Shown in pieces: positions 28,146 through 38,500 of a stretch of 64,000 nucleotides of DNA. Under the pieces are notes generated by a model, which worked only from the letters and a program-made list of their open reading frames with translations, did no database searches and was not told the origin of the DNA. This stretch comes from a virus. The translations under genes and the position numbers were made by a program. Each line of letters starts with the position of its first letter. The first letter of the stretch is position 1. The stretch is from the UHGV virus genome UHGV-0049167; one strand, written 5' to 3'.

Positions 28146-28739
28146 TTATTCTGCTTTCTTTTCTCCTGTCTCTTTCTTTTTCAGGCGGACAACAATCTCC
28201 TGCGTGTCTGTATTGGCAACCGGTACATTCACACCGTCTTCCATATAGGAAGTCCATTGAACCCCATCGTCATACAAGACAATTCTCGGGTTTACGAGCT
28301 GCCCGAAACCGTCCTTTGTATATCCGAAAATCAATATCGGCTCTTCCTTGCCTTCATCGCCTTGGAAAAGCGGTAATTGGTATTGGTTGACAATCGAATC
28401 TGAAAGTATTGTCGGAATGTAAGACGGCTTGTCATTCTTGTTCAATTTCTTGATGAGCATGAGCACACCGTTCCATCTGAATATTATCCTTCCGTATTTG
28501 CCTTTGTTCCAGTTCTCGGGAAATGTGAGAATGAAACTCTCTGTTATTTTTGCGTTAAGCAAAGGACCTACAAGCCTTGTCCTTGCTTCAGGTATGGTCA
28601 TATTTACTTCTTCATTGTAATTTGCCAAACCTGCGTAATACGCCTTGAAGATGTCCTCATAACAATCTTTTAGCAGTTCCAACGCTTCTTTTTTCGTGAT
28701 GCGTTTTCGTTTCTTAAAATTATTATTTATATTTGCCAT
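28146..28739 (-). CDS. hypothetical protein, first gene of HTH-ImmA cassette
   Basis: Internal ATG start MANINNNFKKRKR; 197 aa; no motif recognised. Confidence 0.5.
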   Translation of the reverse strand: MANINNNFKKRKRITKKEALELLKDCYEDIFKAYYAGLANYNEEVNMTIPEARTRLVGPLLNAKITESFILTFPENWNKGKYGRIIFRWNGVLMLIKKLNKNDKPSYIPTILSDSIVNQYQLPLFQGDEGKEEPILIFGYTKDGFGQLVNPRIVLYDDGVQWTSYMEDGVNVPVANTDTQEIVVRLKKKETGEKKAE

Positions 28740-28903
28740 ATAATTTAAATTTAAGACGGGCACACCGTCTGTAATTTCAGCCCTTATTGCCGTAAGGGCT
28801 TCTTATATGGTGCAAAGATATATAATTTCCCCAAATAATTGTATATAATTTTTCGAAAATATTGTATATTTAACGGCAACCCACAATGTCAAAGAACGCC
28901 TTT

Positions 28904-28932
28904 ACGACGGTTGCAAATTCCGCAACCGTCGT
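28904..28932. terminator. strong hairpin (11-bp perfect stem acgacggttgc/gcaaccgtcgt, 7-nt loop) 26 nt beyond endolysin stop
   Basis: Read directly; U-rich tract follows on plus strand, so orientation is ambiguous. Confidence 0.4.
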
Positions 28933-28958
28933 CAGTTATTTCCATTTTGGAAACGAGC

Positions 28959-29552
28959 TCACACTTTCCCCAAGTACGCCATGATGCCTTCCACGTGCAG
29001 CTCCACAATGGTTCGCTTGCCTTTCTCGCTCAGCAGATAGTCCACGTCCTCCCGGTTGTCCTGAAAAAGGTTTTCAGTCAGGACTGCGGGACAATTTGTG
29101 TCACGGCATATTGCGAGATTCTGTGTCCAATATGGCTCATCCTGTGAGTATCTTCGGACTTTCAGTCCTTGTGTCTCTGCCGCGTCAATCAGACGGCAGG
29201 CGAGCTCTTTGCTCTTCTTTGAAGCGTTGCGCGAGACATAAGCCGACCATCCTCTGGCGTCATGCCATTTGCCGTCGGCACCAGCCGCGTTACAGTGTAT
29301 TGAGACAAGTATCGCTTTCTTTCCTGTCGCGGCATAAATCCTGTTTGCCCTTTCGCACCGCTCTTTCAGGCTGATGTCGTTTTCCTCGGGCACAATGCGC
29401 TGCGCGTCATATCCACGTGCCTTGAGTTCCCTTTCAAGACGCACTGCAATCTCACGGGCGTATGCGTATTCGAGCAGGCGTCCGTCAGGCGACCGTTTCC
29501 CTGCGGTGTCCTTTCCGTGTCCCGCATCAAGTATAACTTTAAAATTTTCCAT
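28959..29552 (-). CDS. N-acetylmuramoyl-L-alanine amidase (Amidase_3-type endolysin)
   Basis: ILDAGHGKDTAGKRSPDG and SIHCNAAG motifs; last gene of minus-strand late operon. Confidence 0.8.
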   Translation of the reverse strand: MENFKVILDAGHGKDTAGKRSPDGRLLEYAYAREIAVRLERELKARGYDAQRIVPEENDISLKERCERANRIYAATGKKAILVSIHCNAAGADGKWHDARGWSAYVSRNASKKSKELACRLIDAAETQGLKVRRYSQDEPYWTQNLAICRDTNCPAVLTENLFQDNREDVDYLLSEKGKRTIVELHVEGIMAYLGKV

Positions 29553-29582
29553 GATTTATAATGTTGTAAAATGCGTTTATCG

Positions 29583-30191
29583 TCATATCTGGTCTGTCAT
29601 TCTGTGATAAAAGTCCAATTTTATATTGTCATATACTGCGCTGACGTTGGTGTAGGCTCTTCCGTTGTTCGCACCGTTCTCATTGTACAGCTCTCCCTCT
29701 ATTACTTTCGCCACCCATTCTGTCCATTCCGGATTACAGTACTCCGAGAGCTTTTTCCCACGGTAATGGAAATTGTCGAACTTGCTGTTCCTGTCCTCAT
29801 ACATGTTGCTCAGCAGGGTGCGTATCTTAGCCTTTGTCCTTTCCTTGTCGGCTATATGGTTCTCCTCCCTTATTTTCTTCAGGAGTCTGCATACTTTCTC
29901 CACCGCAAGGTCAAAGAACGCTCCGGATATGTTCTTTATCCGCAGTTGTGTCTCAGGCATCAGTCCCTCCGCTATCGTCACCATGACGTGGTTGTTGTTT
30001 TCCAGCTTTCCGTTAAGCTCGCGCAGCTCGTCAGTGTAGGATATTATGTTGCTTATCGCTGATTTGAACCAGCGGAAACATGCAATCATCAGACCTGAGG
30101 CGAGCAGCAGGAACACCGCGCAGATGACCATCATTATTCCATAGTCGCTTATGCCTTTTGCGACCTCCAATGTGCTTTGTACCTCGTTCAT
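29583..30191 (-). CDS. single-pass membrane protein in lysis cassette
   Basis: Internal ATG in ATGA overlap with upstream gene; TM segment IMMVICAVFLLLASGLMIACF. Confidence 0.45.
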   Translation of the reverse strand: MNEVQSTLEVAKGISDYGIMMVICAVFLLLASGLMIACFRWFKSAISNIISYTDELRELNGKLENNNHVMVTIAEGLMPETQLRIKNISGAFFDLAVEKVCRLLKKIREENHIADKERTKAKIRTLLSNMYEDRNSKFDNFHYRGKKLSEYCNPEWTEWVAKVIEGELYNENGANNGRAYTNVSAVYDNIKLDFYHRMTDQI

Positions 30192-30451
30192 ATCATCATC
30201 CTTATGCATTGTCCCACAACTGTTCCGACTGTTGTCAGCCCGAAGTCTGTCCAGTCCCATTTGCCGCCCCATTGCCTGTCTTTCAGTTCAAGGGCTGCCG
30301 CAACGCCTATGCCTGCGTATGCCGCACAGTATATATCATCCGCTCCCATACCGATAATCAGACCGCCAAGCAGATGCTTCCATCGGTTGCTTGTCTTAAA
30401 CCACATTATAATCTTGTTCATTCTCCCTTGTTTTTTTATTCGTACATACAT
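30188..30451 (-). CDS. small membrane protein (holin-like candidate)
   Basis: Internal ATG; hydrophobic LLGGLIIGMGADDIYCAAYAGIGVAAAL. Confidence 0.4.
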   Translation of the reverse strand: MYVRIKKQGRMNKIIMWFKTSNRWKHLLGGLIIGMGADDIYCAAYAGIGVAAALELKDRQWGGKWDWTDFGLTTVGTVVGQCIRMMI

Positions 30452-30503
30452 CAAGTCAAATGATAGGGCAGGGCATATGAGTCCCTGCCCTGGATGCCGG
30501 GAA

Positions 30504-30767
30504 TCAAACCACAAGCATCGCCACTACTCCAATGACAGCTCCCGCGAGCCACCACAGCAGGTTCTTCCACTTGTACGTGTCCTCCGTGGTGACATGTCTC
30601 ACCACCTCGGCGAACGCTCCGAAGAGCATAGGTGTGATGATTCCCATTATCCACGCGTTGACGCTGCCGAGGCTCTGTTCCTGCCACATGTACAGCATTG
30701 CGATTACCAGTCCTGCCACGAAGCCGAACCATCTGTTTGTCACGAATCTGATAACTTTTTCCTTCAT
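30504..30767 (-). CDS. holin-like small membrane protein
   Basis: 87 aa with 2-3 hydrophobic helices (FGFVAGLVIAMLYMW, IMGIITPMLFGAF, LWWLAGAVIGVVAMLVV). Confidence 0.45.
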   Translation of the reverse strand: MKEKVIRFVTNRWFGFVAGLVIAMLYMWQEQSLGSVNAWIMGIITPMLFGAFAEVVRHVTTEDTYKWKNLLWWLAGAVIGVVAMLVV

Positions 30768-30784
30768 AGTCTTTGGTTTTTAAA

Positions 30785-31441
30785 TTAAACAAGTTCCACA
30801 TATAATCCCACGAGCTCACTCAGATTGTGAGACATCGGAATCTGACTGTCTCTTGTGCATTTGTATTTTATTTCATCCTGTATGTAATACTTACCGTTGA
30901 ACAACTCCATAGGCGGTGCGTATGGTATCGGGTCGTCCTCCGTGCCCTCATGTTCCTCGTCAATATGTTTCCATATAGATGCGGTTTCCAAAGACGGACG
31001 CCAATTTGCCTGCGTCTTATGCGTTGTAAGTGCTTCCCAAAGGTCATCGTCACAGTTGTACTTTTCGCCTTTGTTGACGTCAATTCCTTCTTTCCATTCG
31101 GGATAAAACTCCTTAACTTTCAGAGCCTCGTTGTTAGACAGCGACATGGTGTTTATCTGTGCCTTTGTGTCTGCTGTCAATATCTGCATGGATAATACCT
31201 TTGCAAAGTCCTCATTTGGCTGCACGTAATCTTCTCCGTGTGTCCATGCCTCACTGTTCATAAGTTCCGTGAACTCGGCATTGTCGAACTTATACCTTTT
31301 TAAGGCATTAAATTCGTCAATATTCTTTACATACTCTTCGTGCAGCACTACTTGTGTCTTATCCACTGACTGACGCATTGTCGGAATAATCTCAATTCCG
31401 TGCGCCTTTGCTTGTGCTATTGTTGCTATTACAAATTTCAT
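30785..31441 (-). CDS. hypothetical phage protein
   Basis: 218-aa ORF in late operon. Confidence 0.45.
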   Translation of the reverse strand: MKFVIATIAQAKAHGIEIIPTMRQSVDKTQVVLHEEYVKNIDEFNALKRYKFDNAEFTELMNSEAWTHGEDYVQPNEDFAKVLSMQILTADTKAQINTMSLSNNEALKVKEFYPEWKEGIDVNKGEKYNCDDDLWEALTTHKTQANWRPSLETASIWKHIDEEHEGTEDDPIPYAPPMELFNGKYYIQDEIKYKCTRDSQIPMSHNLSELVGLYVELV

Positions 31442-31446
31442 ATTCT

Positions 31447-32532
31447 TTATTCTGTTGTTTGTTCACTCGGTAATACATAGTCTGCGTCTATATACTTTCT
31501 TATAAATGCCTTTATCTGTTGCTCGTCTAATGAGCGGTCAAAGAGGTAGGCGGAGTAGAAAACTATTCTTGCACATAAACCGTTGTTGGCAACTCTTACC
31601 TTACCGATAGTTACATCGTTTAAATTCTGGCTTTTCAAGCTACCCTTTGATATAGAAATTCCATTATAAGTCGTACTATTTACATATACAATATTTTTTT
31701 CAACTGACGCAGGCGAATCTAATTCAGTACTTGTTCCAAATAATATTATAGCGTTATTGGGATAATCTGTAGAGTTCGGTGCTCTTTCAAAACCTAATAT
31801 GTTGAAAGACGCATTATTACTATTTTGAAGTGAAATTCCAAATGGCAGTGAGATACCTTTGTATGAATAATTAGTATATTCTCTTACCATTATACATGTA
31901 AGTTCGTCAATAGTTCCGACTTGAGTTACTCCGTAATCATCCACGCCGTCAAAGACAAGAGCATCGGGGTATTCGGGGAGGAGTTGAATGGCAATATTCT
32001 TAAAATTCCCTTTAATAAATGGAGCTCTATTATAAGGACTATCCGACATTGTAGATTGAGGAACTGTATAAATTCCATCATTACGAATTTCTATATAATT
32101 CCATCCTAAAGAACTTGAACCTAAACAATAATAAATTCGTAAGTGTTCATCGGCATTAAGTCCAATTACTTTTATTTTGTATTCATTCCAAGTCCAATAG
32201 GATGAAATCCTTTCTAAATTAAGTGTCCCTGTAAAATTTTCTATTTTAATAGAAGTTTCAGTAACTTCAAAATTATATGTGTTGTAATTAAGATAGTTTT
32301 TACCATTTAATTTAGTTCTATATCCCCCATACCCGCTCATTTTGCTAAAAGCAAAGTTATTCAGCGTAATATCATGCCCATTACCCGTCAAATCACGCAA
32401 TACATTTCTATCAGCATCATCATTGCTCTTTCCTGCCGCCGACCATGCCGCGATAAGTCCCGGGTAATTTATGTTGCTGTCGCTCTTTTTAAGCGCGTTG
32501 GCTATCATAAGCCTGCGTCTATATATGCTCAT
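31447..32532 (-). CDS. putative tail fibre / receptor-binding-like structural protein
   Basis: 361 aa, Asn/Ser/Thr/Tyr-rich beta-like composition; assignment by context. Confidence 0.4.
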   Translation of the reverse strand: MSIYRRRLMIANALKKSDSNINYPGLIAAWSAAGKSNDDADRNVLRDLTGNGHDITLNNFAFSKMSGYGGYRTKLNGKNYLNYNTYNFEVTETSIKIENFTGTLNLERISSYWTWNEYKIKVIGLNADEHLRIYYCLGSSSLGWNYIEIRNDGIYTVPQSTMSDSPYNRAPFIKGNFKNIAIQLLPEYPDALVFDGVDDYGVTQVGTIDELTCIMVREYTNYSYKGISLPFGISLQNSNNASFNILGFERAPNSTDYPNNAIILFGTSTELDSPASVEKNIVYVNSTTYNGISISKGSLKSQNLNDVTIGKVRVANNGLCARIVFYSAYLFDRSLDEQQIKAFIRKYIDADYVLPSEQTTE

Positions 32533-34223
32533 GCCGCACCTCCCATGACTGCTATATTATTGACTATGCTCACTTGATATGTCTTGCTTGCTTCTATGGT
32601 GCTGTCGCCTATCCACTTTACGTCATCGGGCAGCGACAATGTGGTCGGAGTCGCACCGCTTGTGAACTCGAACATGTATTCCTCCCGTATATCCGTGTCT
32701 CCGCTGGCGAATGTAAGTGTGAGGCTTGTCACCTCTCCGAACACATAGAGTATGCCCGGCTTCAGTTCCTGTGTCACCTCGCTGCCCTCAACCTCCACAC
32801 GTCCGCGCATATCGTCAATTTCCTTTTTTGTGTAATATCCCGAAAGGTCTGTTGCCGGATAGAACCCACGGCTCATACTCAGACCGTCATCATGACCTTC
32901 GGTGCACCAATATGCCATCTTGTCCTGTACCGAGTAGAACAGGCGGTTATGATAGCCTGTGTCGTACGCATCAGGGCTATCCCAAAAGCCTGTTCTATTC
33001 CACTCCGAATAAAGCTTCCCTGTCTCTGATTTGTAAGCATAGAAAGCATATCCGGCAGAAGTGCCTGTGAATTCAGCGCAAACACCGTCGAAATCATCTC
33101 CCGCGTTCTCTCCGTGGGCAATCTCATGTGACAGCTTCGTTGAAATCCATAGCAGCGGAAGCACATGCCTTCTGTTCAAATCACGTACGGGCATCGTCCC
33201 TCCGCCTCCGAGCAGTATGTCCTCATCGCTCTTGCCCTTGTATGCAAATGTCTTGCTCCATTCGGGAATAGAATCTGGATAGTCATTGCCCAAGGAAAGA
33301 CTGACGCGCTTTTTGATATATTGAGGCTGGTCTCCATTAAAATCAACCATCCCCCTGCAGAAGGAAATTGTATAATGATTGTGATGGTCAATTGCATGCT
33401 GGTCAAGAAAATCTATAAACAGATGTTCCCTTGGGTCAATCTGTCCATAAAGCCGATGCACTCCGGAAAGAACTCTTATGTCGCTTACGTCAAATCTGTA
33501 GTCTCCAGCATAAGGTAAATCTCCAAAAATTACATTATCCCCGTAACTTTCATCTTTGTTGTATGCCAATCTCGGTAGATATAAGGCATAGTTTTCTTTT
33601 AGACATTCTTCTGCTGTGGCAGGATATGATAAGTCAGTGCTCTTTAATGCAATTCCTATCATGCCATCGTATCCACGAAGCCAAACCGGATGACCCTTGA
33701 CAAGTATCTTCTTTTTCAAGGCATCGGTGTCTCGCATATCAATCACCTCATGCCCTCCACCCGTAATAAGAGCCGCCCATTCCTCTTCCGAGCCTTCATA
33801 CCCGTGCAGCACGGCTATCTCATAGGCGGACAGACCGTTGCCCGGCACACTGATGTCCATGTCAAGCTCGATGTTCACGGTGCCGGTCTCCACACCCTCG
33901 TCGCTGCTTATTGACACAAGCTCGAAGGCGCATGCCTCATCCACGGTGTTGCGGTTGTTGTCGCCCCAATCCTCGGTAAGTGTCACCGTATACGCGCCTG
34001 TCCACTGCTGCTGTGTGCCCGTCCATCCTGCTATCAGCTCCTCTCCTGACTGTACTACAGGAAGGCTCACGCTGCCGAGAATGTTGCGCAGCATAAGACC
34101 TATTTTCTTTCCCTCGAGGTTCTCTGCACCGCCACGGCGTGTAAGCCTTATGCGCAGAATGATGTCGTTTCCTATTCTTATACGTCTCATGGTCTGTCTC
34201 CTTTCTTTACTGTTCCGGCTCAC
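32529..34223 (-). CDS. putative tail/baseplate structural protein
   Basis: 564-aa ORF; overlaps neighbours in operon. Confidence 0.45.
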   Translation of the reverse strand: MSRNSKERRQTMRRIRIGNDIILRIRLTRRGGAENLEGKKIGLMLRNILGSVSLPVVQSGEELIAGWTGTQQQWTGAYTVTLTEDWGDNNRNTVDEACAFELVSISSDEGVETGTVNIELDMDISVPGNGLSAYEIAVLHGYEGSEEEWAALITGGGHEVIDMRDTDALKKKILVKGHPVWLRGYDGMIGIALKSTDLSYPATAEECLKENYALYLPRLAYNKDESYGDNVIFGDLPYAGDYRFDVSDIRVLSGVHRLYGQIDPREHLFIDFLDQHAIDHHNHYTISFCRGMVDFNGDQPQYIKKRVSLSLGNDYPDSIPEWSKTFAYKGKSDEDILLGGGGTMPVRDLNRRHVLPLLWISTKLSHEIAHGENAGDDFDGVCAEFTGTSAGYAFYAYKSETGKLYSEWNRTGFWDSPDAYDTGYHNRLFYSVQDKMAYWCTEGHDDGLSMSRGFYPATDLSGYYTKKEIDDMRGRVEVEGSEVTQELKPGILYVFGEVTSLTLTFASGDTDIREEYMFEFTSGATPTTLSLPDDVKWIGDSTIEASKTYQVSIVNNIAVMGGAA

Positions 34224-35550
34224 CGTAGCCGTTTATATCTGTGTCTGCCTCTATATATGCTCTGAAACCGTTCGCTTCCTGCGGTTCCTGAAGATGATAC
34301 ACAAGACCTCCTGTTCCAAGCGTGTATGCTCCGGCAGGCACTGTTGTTTTGCAGTAGAATCCCTTCATTGTGACCCCATTATATGTCACCGGCAGCGGTT
34401 CCGTCTCCCATTGTGAGACATTGGCTATGATATACTCGGAAGCGGGACTGTCACCGCCCGGTTTAAAAAGATACGGCTTGCCAGCCTCAATTGATGTGAC
34501 TTTGGTAAAGTGCAAGGTTTTCCCTTCTATTGAAGTATATTCCGAAACCTCCGTCCCTTCACCGAATACGCCCGCTATGTCCGTCACGTTGAACGGCAGG
34601 CACAAAGAGTGCCAGACACCCGCACCGAACGTCCTTTTAAGCGTAACGGACACTGTCAGCCCGAGCTTTGCGCAGCTCTCTATCACGGTCTGATTATAAT
34701 GTCCGTCAGACGACTGGTCAAGAGTGACGGCAGAGAGTGGGGTGGAGGAGGCTGTCAGTCCGGCAATGTTCTCCGGAGGATATGTGAAATACCATCGGAA
34801 ACCTTTCATCGTGTTCACGCTCACGTTTGAATGGTACAGCTGTCCCGAGCTGAACAGATAGCATCCCTCGGGCAGAGCGTATATCTTGCCGTATGAAGGA
34901 TGGAACTTAAGTGAGCCGTAAGCAGGCTCAGGCGCGGCAGACACGACAGAGTCTATGTCCTCGAACACATACACACTGTCTGATGGCGGGTCAGCTGTCG
35001 GGACGACGACATAGCATTGTCCGGCATCCATGCCGTCCGTCACTTCGGTAAGCCGCAGGTTCGGGTCGTCTGTCAGACCTCCGTATGCGTAAACTTTTGT
35101 CCCCTCACCGAACGCAGCCGCAATCTGTGCGGTGCTTAAAGAGAACGGCAGTACGAACGTGTTGTAGATGTCCTTCTTGACACCGCTTCGTTTTACCTTT
35201 ACCGTCAGTCCGGTGCCTTCCACCGCGTTTACGGGTGTCTCGGACTCCTCGTCAAGAATCAGCTCGGATGTGCTGTCACGCACGCACGCCTTATCCGGCA
35301 GGCTCTCGCATTCAAGGCGCATCCGCAGCCCTTTGTCAATTTCCAGCATATGGAGCATGACGCTTCCTTCGCGCCTCTCGTATCTCGACCAAGTATGCGT
35401 CACGGTCATTCCCATGCCCGGCAGTCCCGCATACAGTGTGATACCGCTTTCCGGCTCACCGTCTATCTGTAATATTCCCTCACCGCCATGTGTCCATTCC
35501 GCATGCCACATTCCTCCGGTTTTGGAAAAGTTCAATGTTGTCAATGTCAT
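34207..35550 (-). CDS. putative tail structural protein with internal duplicated module
   Basis: Internal ATG at 35550 preceded by AGGAGG; repeated FxLPFxxxxxxIAxxFGEGTxV modules. Confidence 0.5.
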   Translation of the reverse strand: MTLTTLNFSKTGGMWHAEWTHGGEGILQIDGEPESGITLYAGLPGMGMTVTHTWSRYERREGSVMLHMLEIDKGLRMRLECESLPDKACVRDSTSELILDEESETPVNAVEGTGLTVKVKRSGVKKDIYNTFVLPFSLSTAQIAAAFGEGTKVYAYGGLTDDPNLRLTEVTDGMDAGQCYVVVPTADPPSDSVYVFEDIDSVVSAAPEPAYGSLKFHPSYGKIYALPEGCYLFSSGQLYHSNVSVNTMKGFRWYFTYPPENIAGLTASSTPLSAVTLDQSSDGHYNQTVIESCAKLGLTVSVTLKRTFGAGVWHSLCLPFNVTDIAGVFGEGTEVSEYTSIEGKTLHFTKVTSIEAGKPYLFKPGGDSPASEYIIANVSQWETEPLPVTYNGVTMKGFYCKTTVPAGAYTLGTGGLVYHLQEPQEANGFRAYIEADTDINGYGEPEQ

Positions 35551-35572
35551 ATACTGTCCTCCTGTTTTTTTA

Positions 35573-38500
35573 TCATAAATATATGTTTCCGTTCGTGTCC
35601 GTGTCATCATCGTCAATGCGATTAATCTGTATCATCTGCACCCTGTCATAATTCATGTATACGGCTGTTGTCGTTATCATGCTGCCGTAGTATACGGTGC
35701 CGCTTCCCGGTTGTACGATTCCGATGTTCGAGAATCTGTATACATTGCGCGAGCACCATTGTCTGGAGAAATCCACCTTTTCCGCATAGTCATCCTCATA
35801 TCGCGTATAGTCCATTGGCGGTGTGTCCATAGGCGAGCCTATCATGAACGATTCCGGATTGTCCTGCGCCCACATTCCTGTGACAGCCTGTGCCGTGGTC
35901 ACATTACCCTGCTCCATGAACCATCTGCCGTTCGCGGCTCTTGCAATCTCCGGAGTGGAGGCGTAGTCACCGCTGAGATATGTGTCGTTTACGCGCCCTG
36001 CAAGATACATGTACAAAGGTGTTTTCGTGTACACATGACCATATTGGAATATGGTGTTCATTATCTGTTTGTTGCCAACGATGTCGCCTACGGTGGAGAA
36101 TGTGGCCCCTGTCAGCTGCAGGCGTCCGTATTTGCTGCTGGTCTCCCACCGTTCTTCCGAGACATCCTTGCCGGACAGTCCCCACGGTCCGAGGTCATAA
36201 AGGAACGTACCGTCATTGTCATAATAGGACAGTACCATGTATGAGCCGTTATATCCCATTTTGATGTTGGTCACACCGTTAGGGTTCTTTACCTCAATCA
36301 GTCCTCCCTTTATCTCCACATGCCCCTGTCCTTCGTCCATCGTGCGGAGCATCACACCTGTAAGGGTGCCCGCCTCGTCGATTGTGGTGACTGTCTCGCC
36401 GGAGTTGTTCTGTATCTCGAAGTTGTCGGCAGTGACCTTTATGCGCTTGTGTTCAATGTCTATCCCTGTCGCCTGCAGCTCGTCGCGCGTGATTGTCTCC
36501 GAACGCCAGTCGGTCGCCTCGCTGCCTTTCTCCAGCTTCACTCCGCATATCCAGACCTCTCCCTGTGCAGAACTGTCCGGCATGAGCCGTGCCGCTATCA
36601 GGCTCTTCCCTCCGCTTACGTCATTGCGAGTGCTCCATGTCACCTGATAACGGTTCCATCCGCTTTCAAGCGTGAACTGCACGAATCCGTCTGTCACACC
36701 TGTCTGGTTCTTCGTCCCCGGACTTGTGACCCAGTCGGTGCAGTTCGGATAGAAGTACGAGCCGATGCTGCCTGTGCCGCGCGCCCAGAATGAGAGCGTA
36801 TACTGTACGCCCGGCTCGGGCACCACGTTGCGCCATGTGATGACGTCCTTGTATGATGTCCCGGCTTCGTTCACACCGTGTGCCACGCTTATTTTTTCTC
36901 CGTAAGGTGTCGTGTATGCTCCTGCCTCTACGGTATCCTGTACGGTGCATTGGCTGAAGTCCGATGTTCCTGGAAGAAGATTCGGTCTTTTAAGCCTGTC
37001 CTCCGCGCTGAGTCCCCAGTCTGTCGCGTCCGCACCTGTCTCTATCTTGGGACGCGACACGGACGAGTATCCTGATGATATGCCCTGTATATACAGGTTA
37101 CACTGCTCTACCGACGCCACAGCCTTGTCCTGTATCCTGTGTGTGGAGCTTATGCGTCCCTCGAACGTGTCCGTGGATGTTATCTGCCTCCATGTCCCGA
37201 GATACTGCGTACTGCCGTCGGCATACCGTATCATGGGCTCCATGCCGATACGTCTGTTGCCTGATGCTGCCGGAACCGCAGATACGGTCTTGACAAGACA
37301 TGATACGGTTATTGTCTTTCCGCGCAGGCTTGACACATCCCCGATTGTGTAGACCTTGTTCCCGTTCCCTGTCAGGAATATGTCAGGAGTGGTCACCATG
37401 TTTCCGTCCTTTGCCCCAAGATAGCCGACTTTAAGGCTTATGCTGTCCGTCTCAGCCTTAATCTGCGATGAGAGTGCCATGGACGATACAGTGAAGGACA
37501 GGCGGCAGCTCACACTGCGGGTCTCCCCGCCCAGCGTTGCCTGTGCCGTAATCTGTACCCATCCCGCTCCGTATGGCACCGAACCTCCCCAGTCTGCCGT
37601 ATATGTCCCTATTGCGGTTATTGTAACCTGTGCCCCGTTGCGTGACGCAAGACAGTGCATAGGCTCTATGGCGGTAATTGTGACAGTCATCTCGCGCGTG
37701 CCGAGCCATGCGCGCAGACGTGATGTCGCATCCTGCATGCTCACCACACCGTCACTGTCAGCCTCCAATGTTATGGCGGCAGGGTCAAGTGCCCATGAGA
37801 AGCCGTCCTGCCCGTCCGTGCCGGGTTCACCGTCACTTCCGTCCGCTCCGTCCTCACCGCGTATCCGTGTCCACTTATATGAGGTAACGCTTGTCGGGTC
37901 ATATGAGTTGAAGTCTACGCATTGCCCGAGCCACGCGCCCGGTGTCTCACCGTTGTTTGCTGTGAACGTCTTTCCCCCGTCGTCGGAATATTTGATGTGA
38001 AGGTAGCTTGTCTTTCCGTCCGTACCGTTGGTTCCCGGTATTCCCTGCTCCCCATCATACCCTTGGAAGCGTGACCACGTGTAGTCCGAAGGGTCGTCGC
38101 TGTCTGCCTCCGTGAAGTCAACGTATGTGCCGATGTAGAGGTTGGGAACTTCTGACATTGGAGTCCCGTTGGAGTTTGCCGAGTATTTAACATGGAAATA
38201 TGTCGTACGACCGTCCTCTCCTGCGGGTCCCGGAACGCCCTGCTCCCCCTTGTCTCCTTTTTCTCCGGTATCACCCTTTATCTTTGACCATTTATAATCG
38301 GACGGTGTTCCGCTGTCTGTAGGATTCGTGTCTGTAAGGACTCCAATCCAGTCACCGCTGTCCTCTCCGTTGTTTCCGGTAAAGGTGACGCCTCCGTCGT
38401 TAGAGTATTTGATATGGAGATAATATGTCGTGCCGTCAGTCCCATTCACGCCCGGCAAGCCCTGTTCTCCCTGTATGCCTTCAAATCTTGACCAAGTGTA

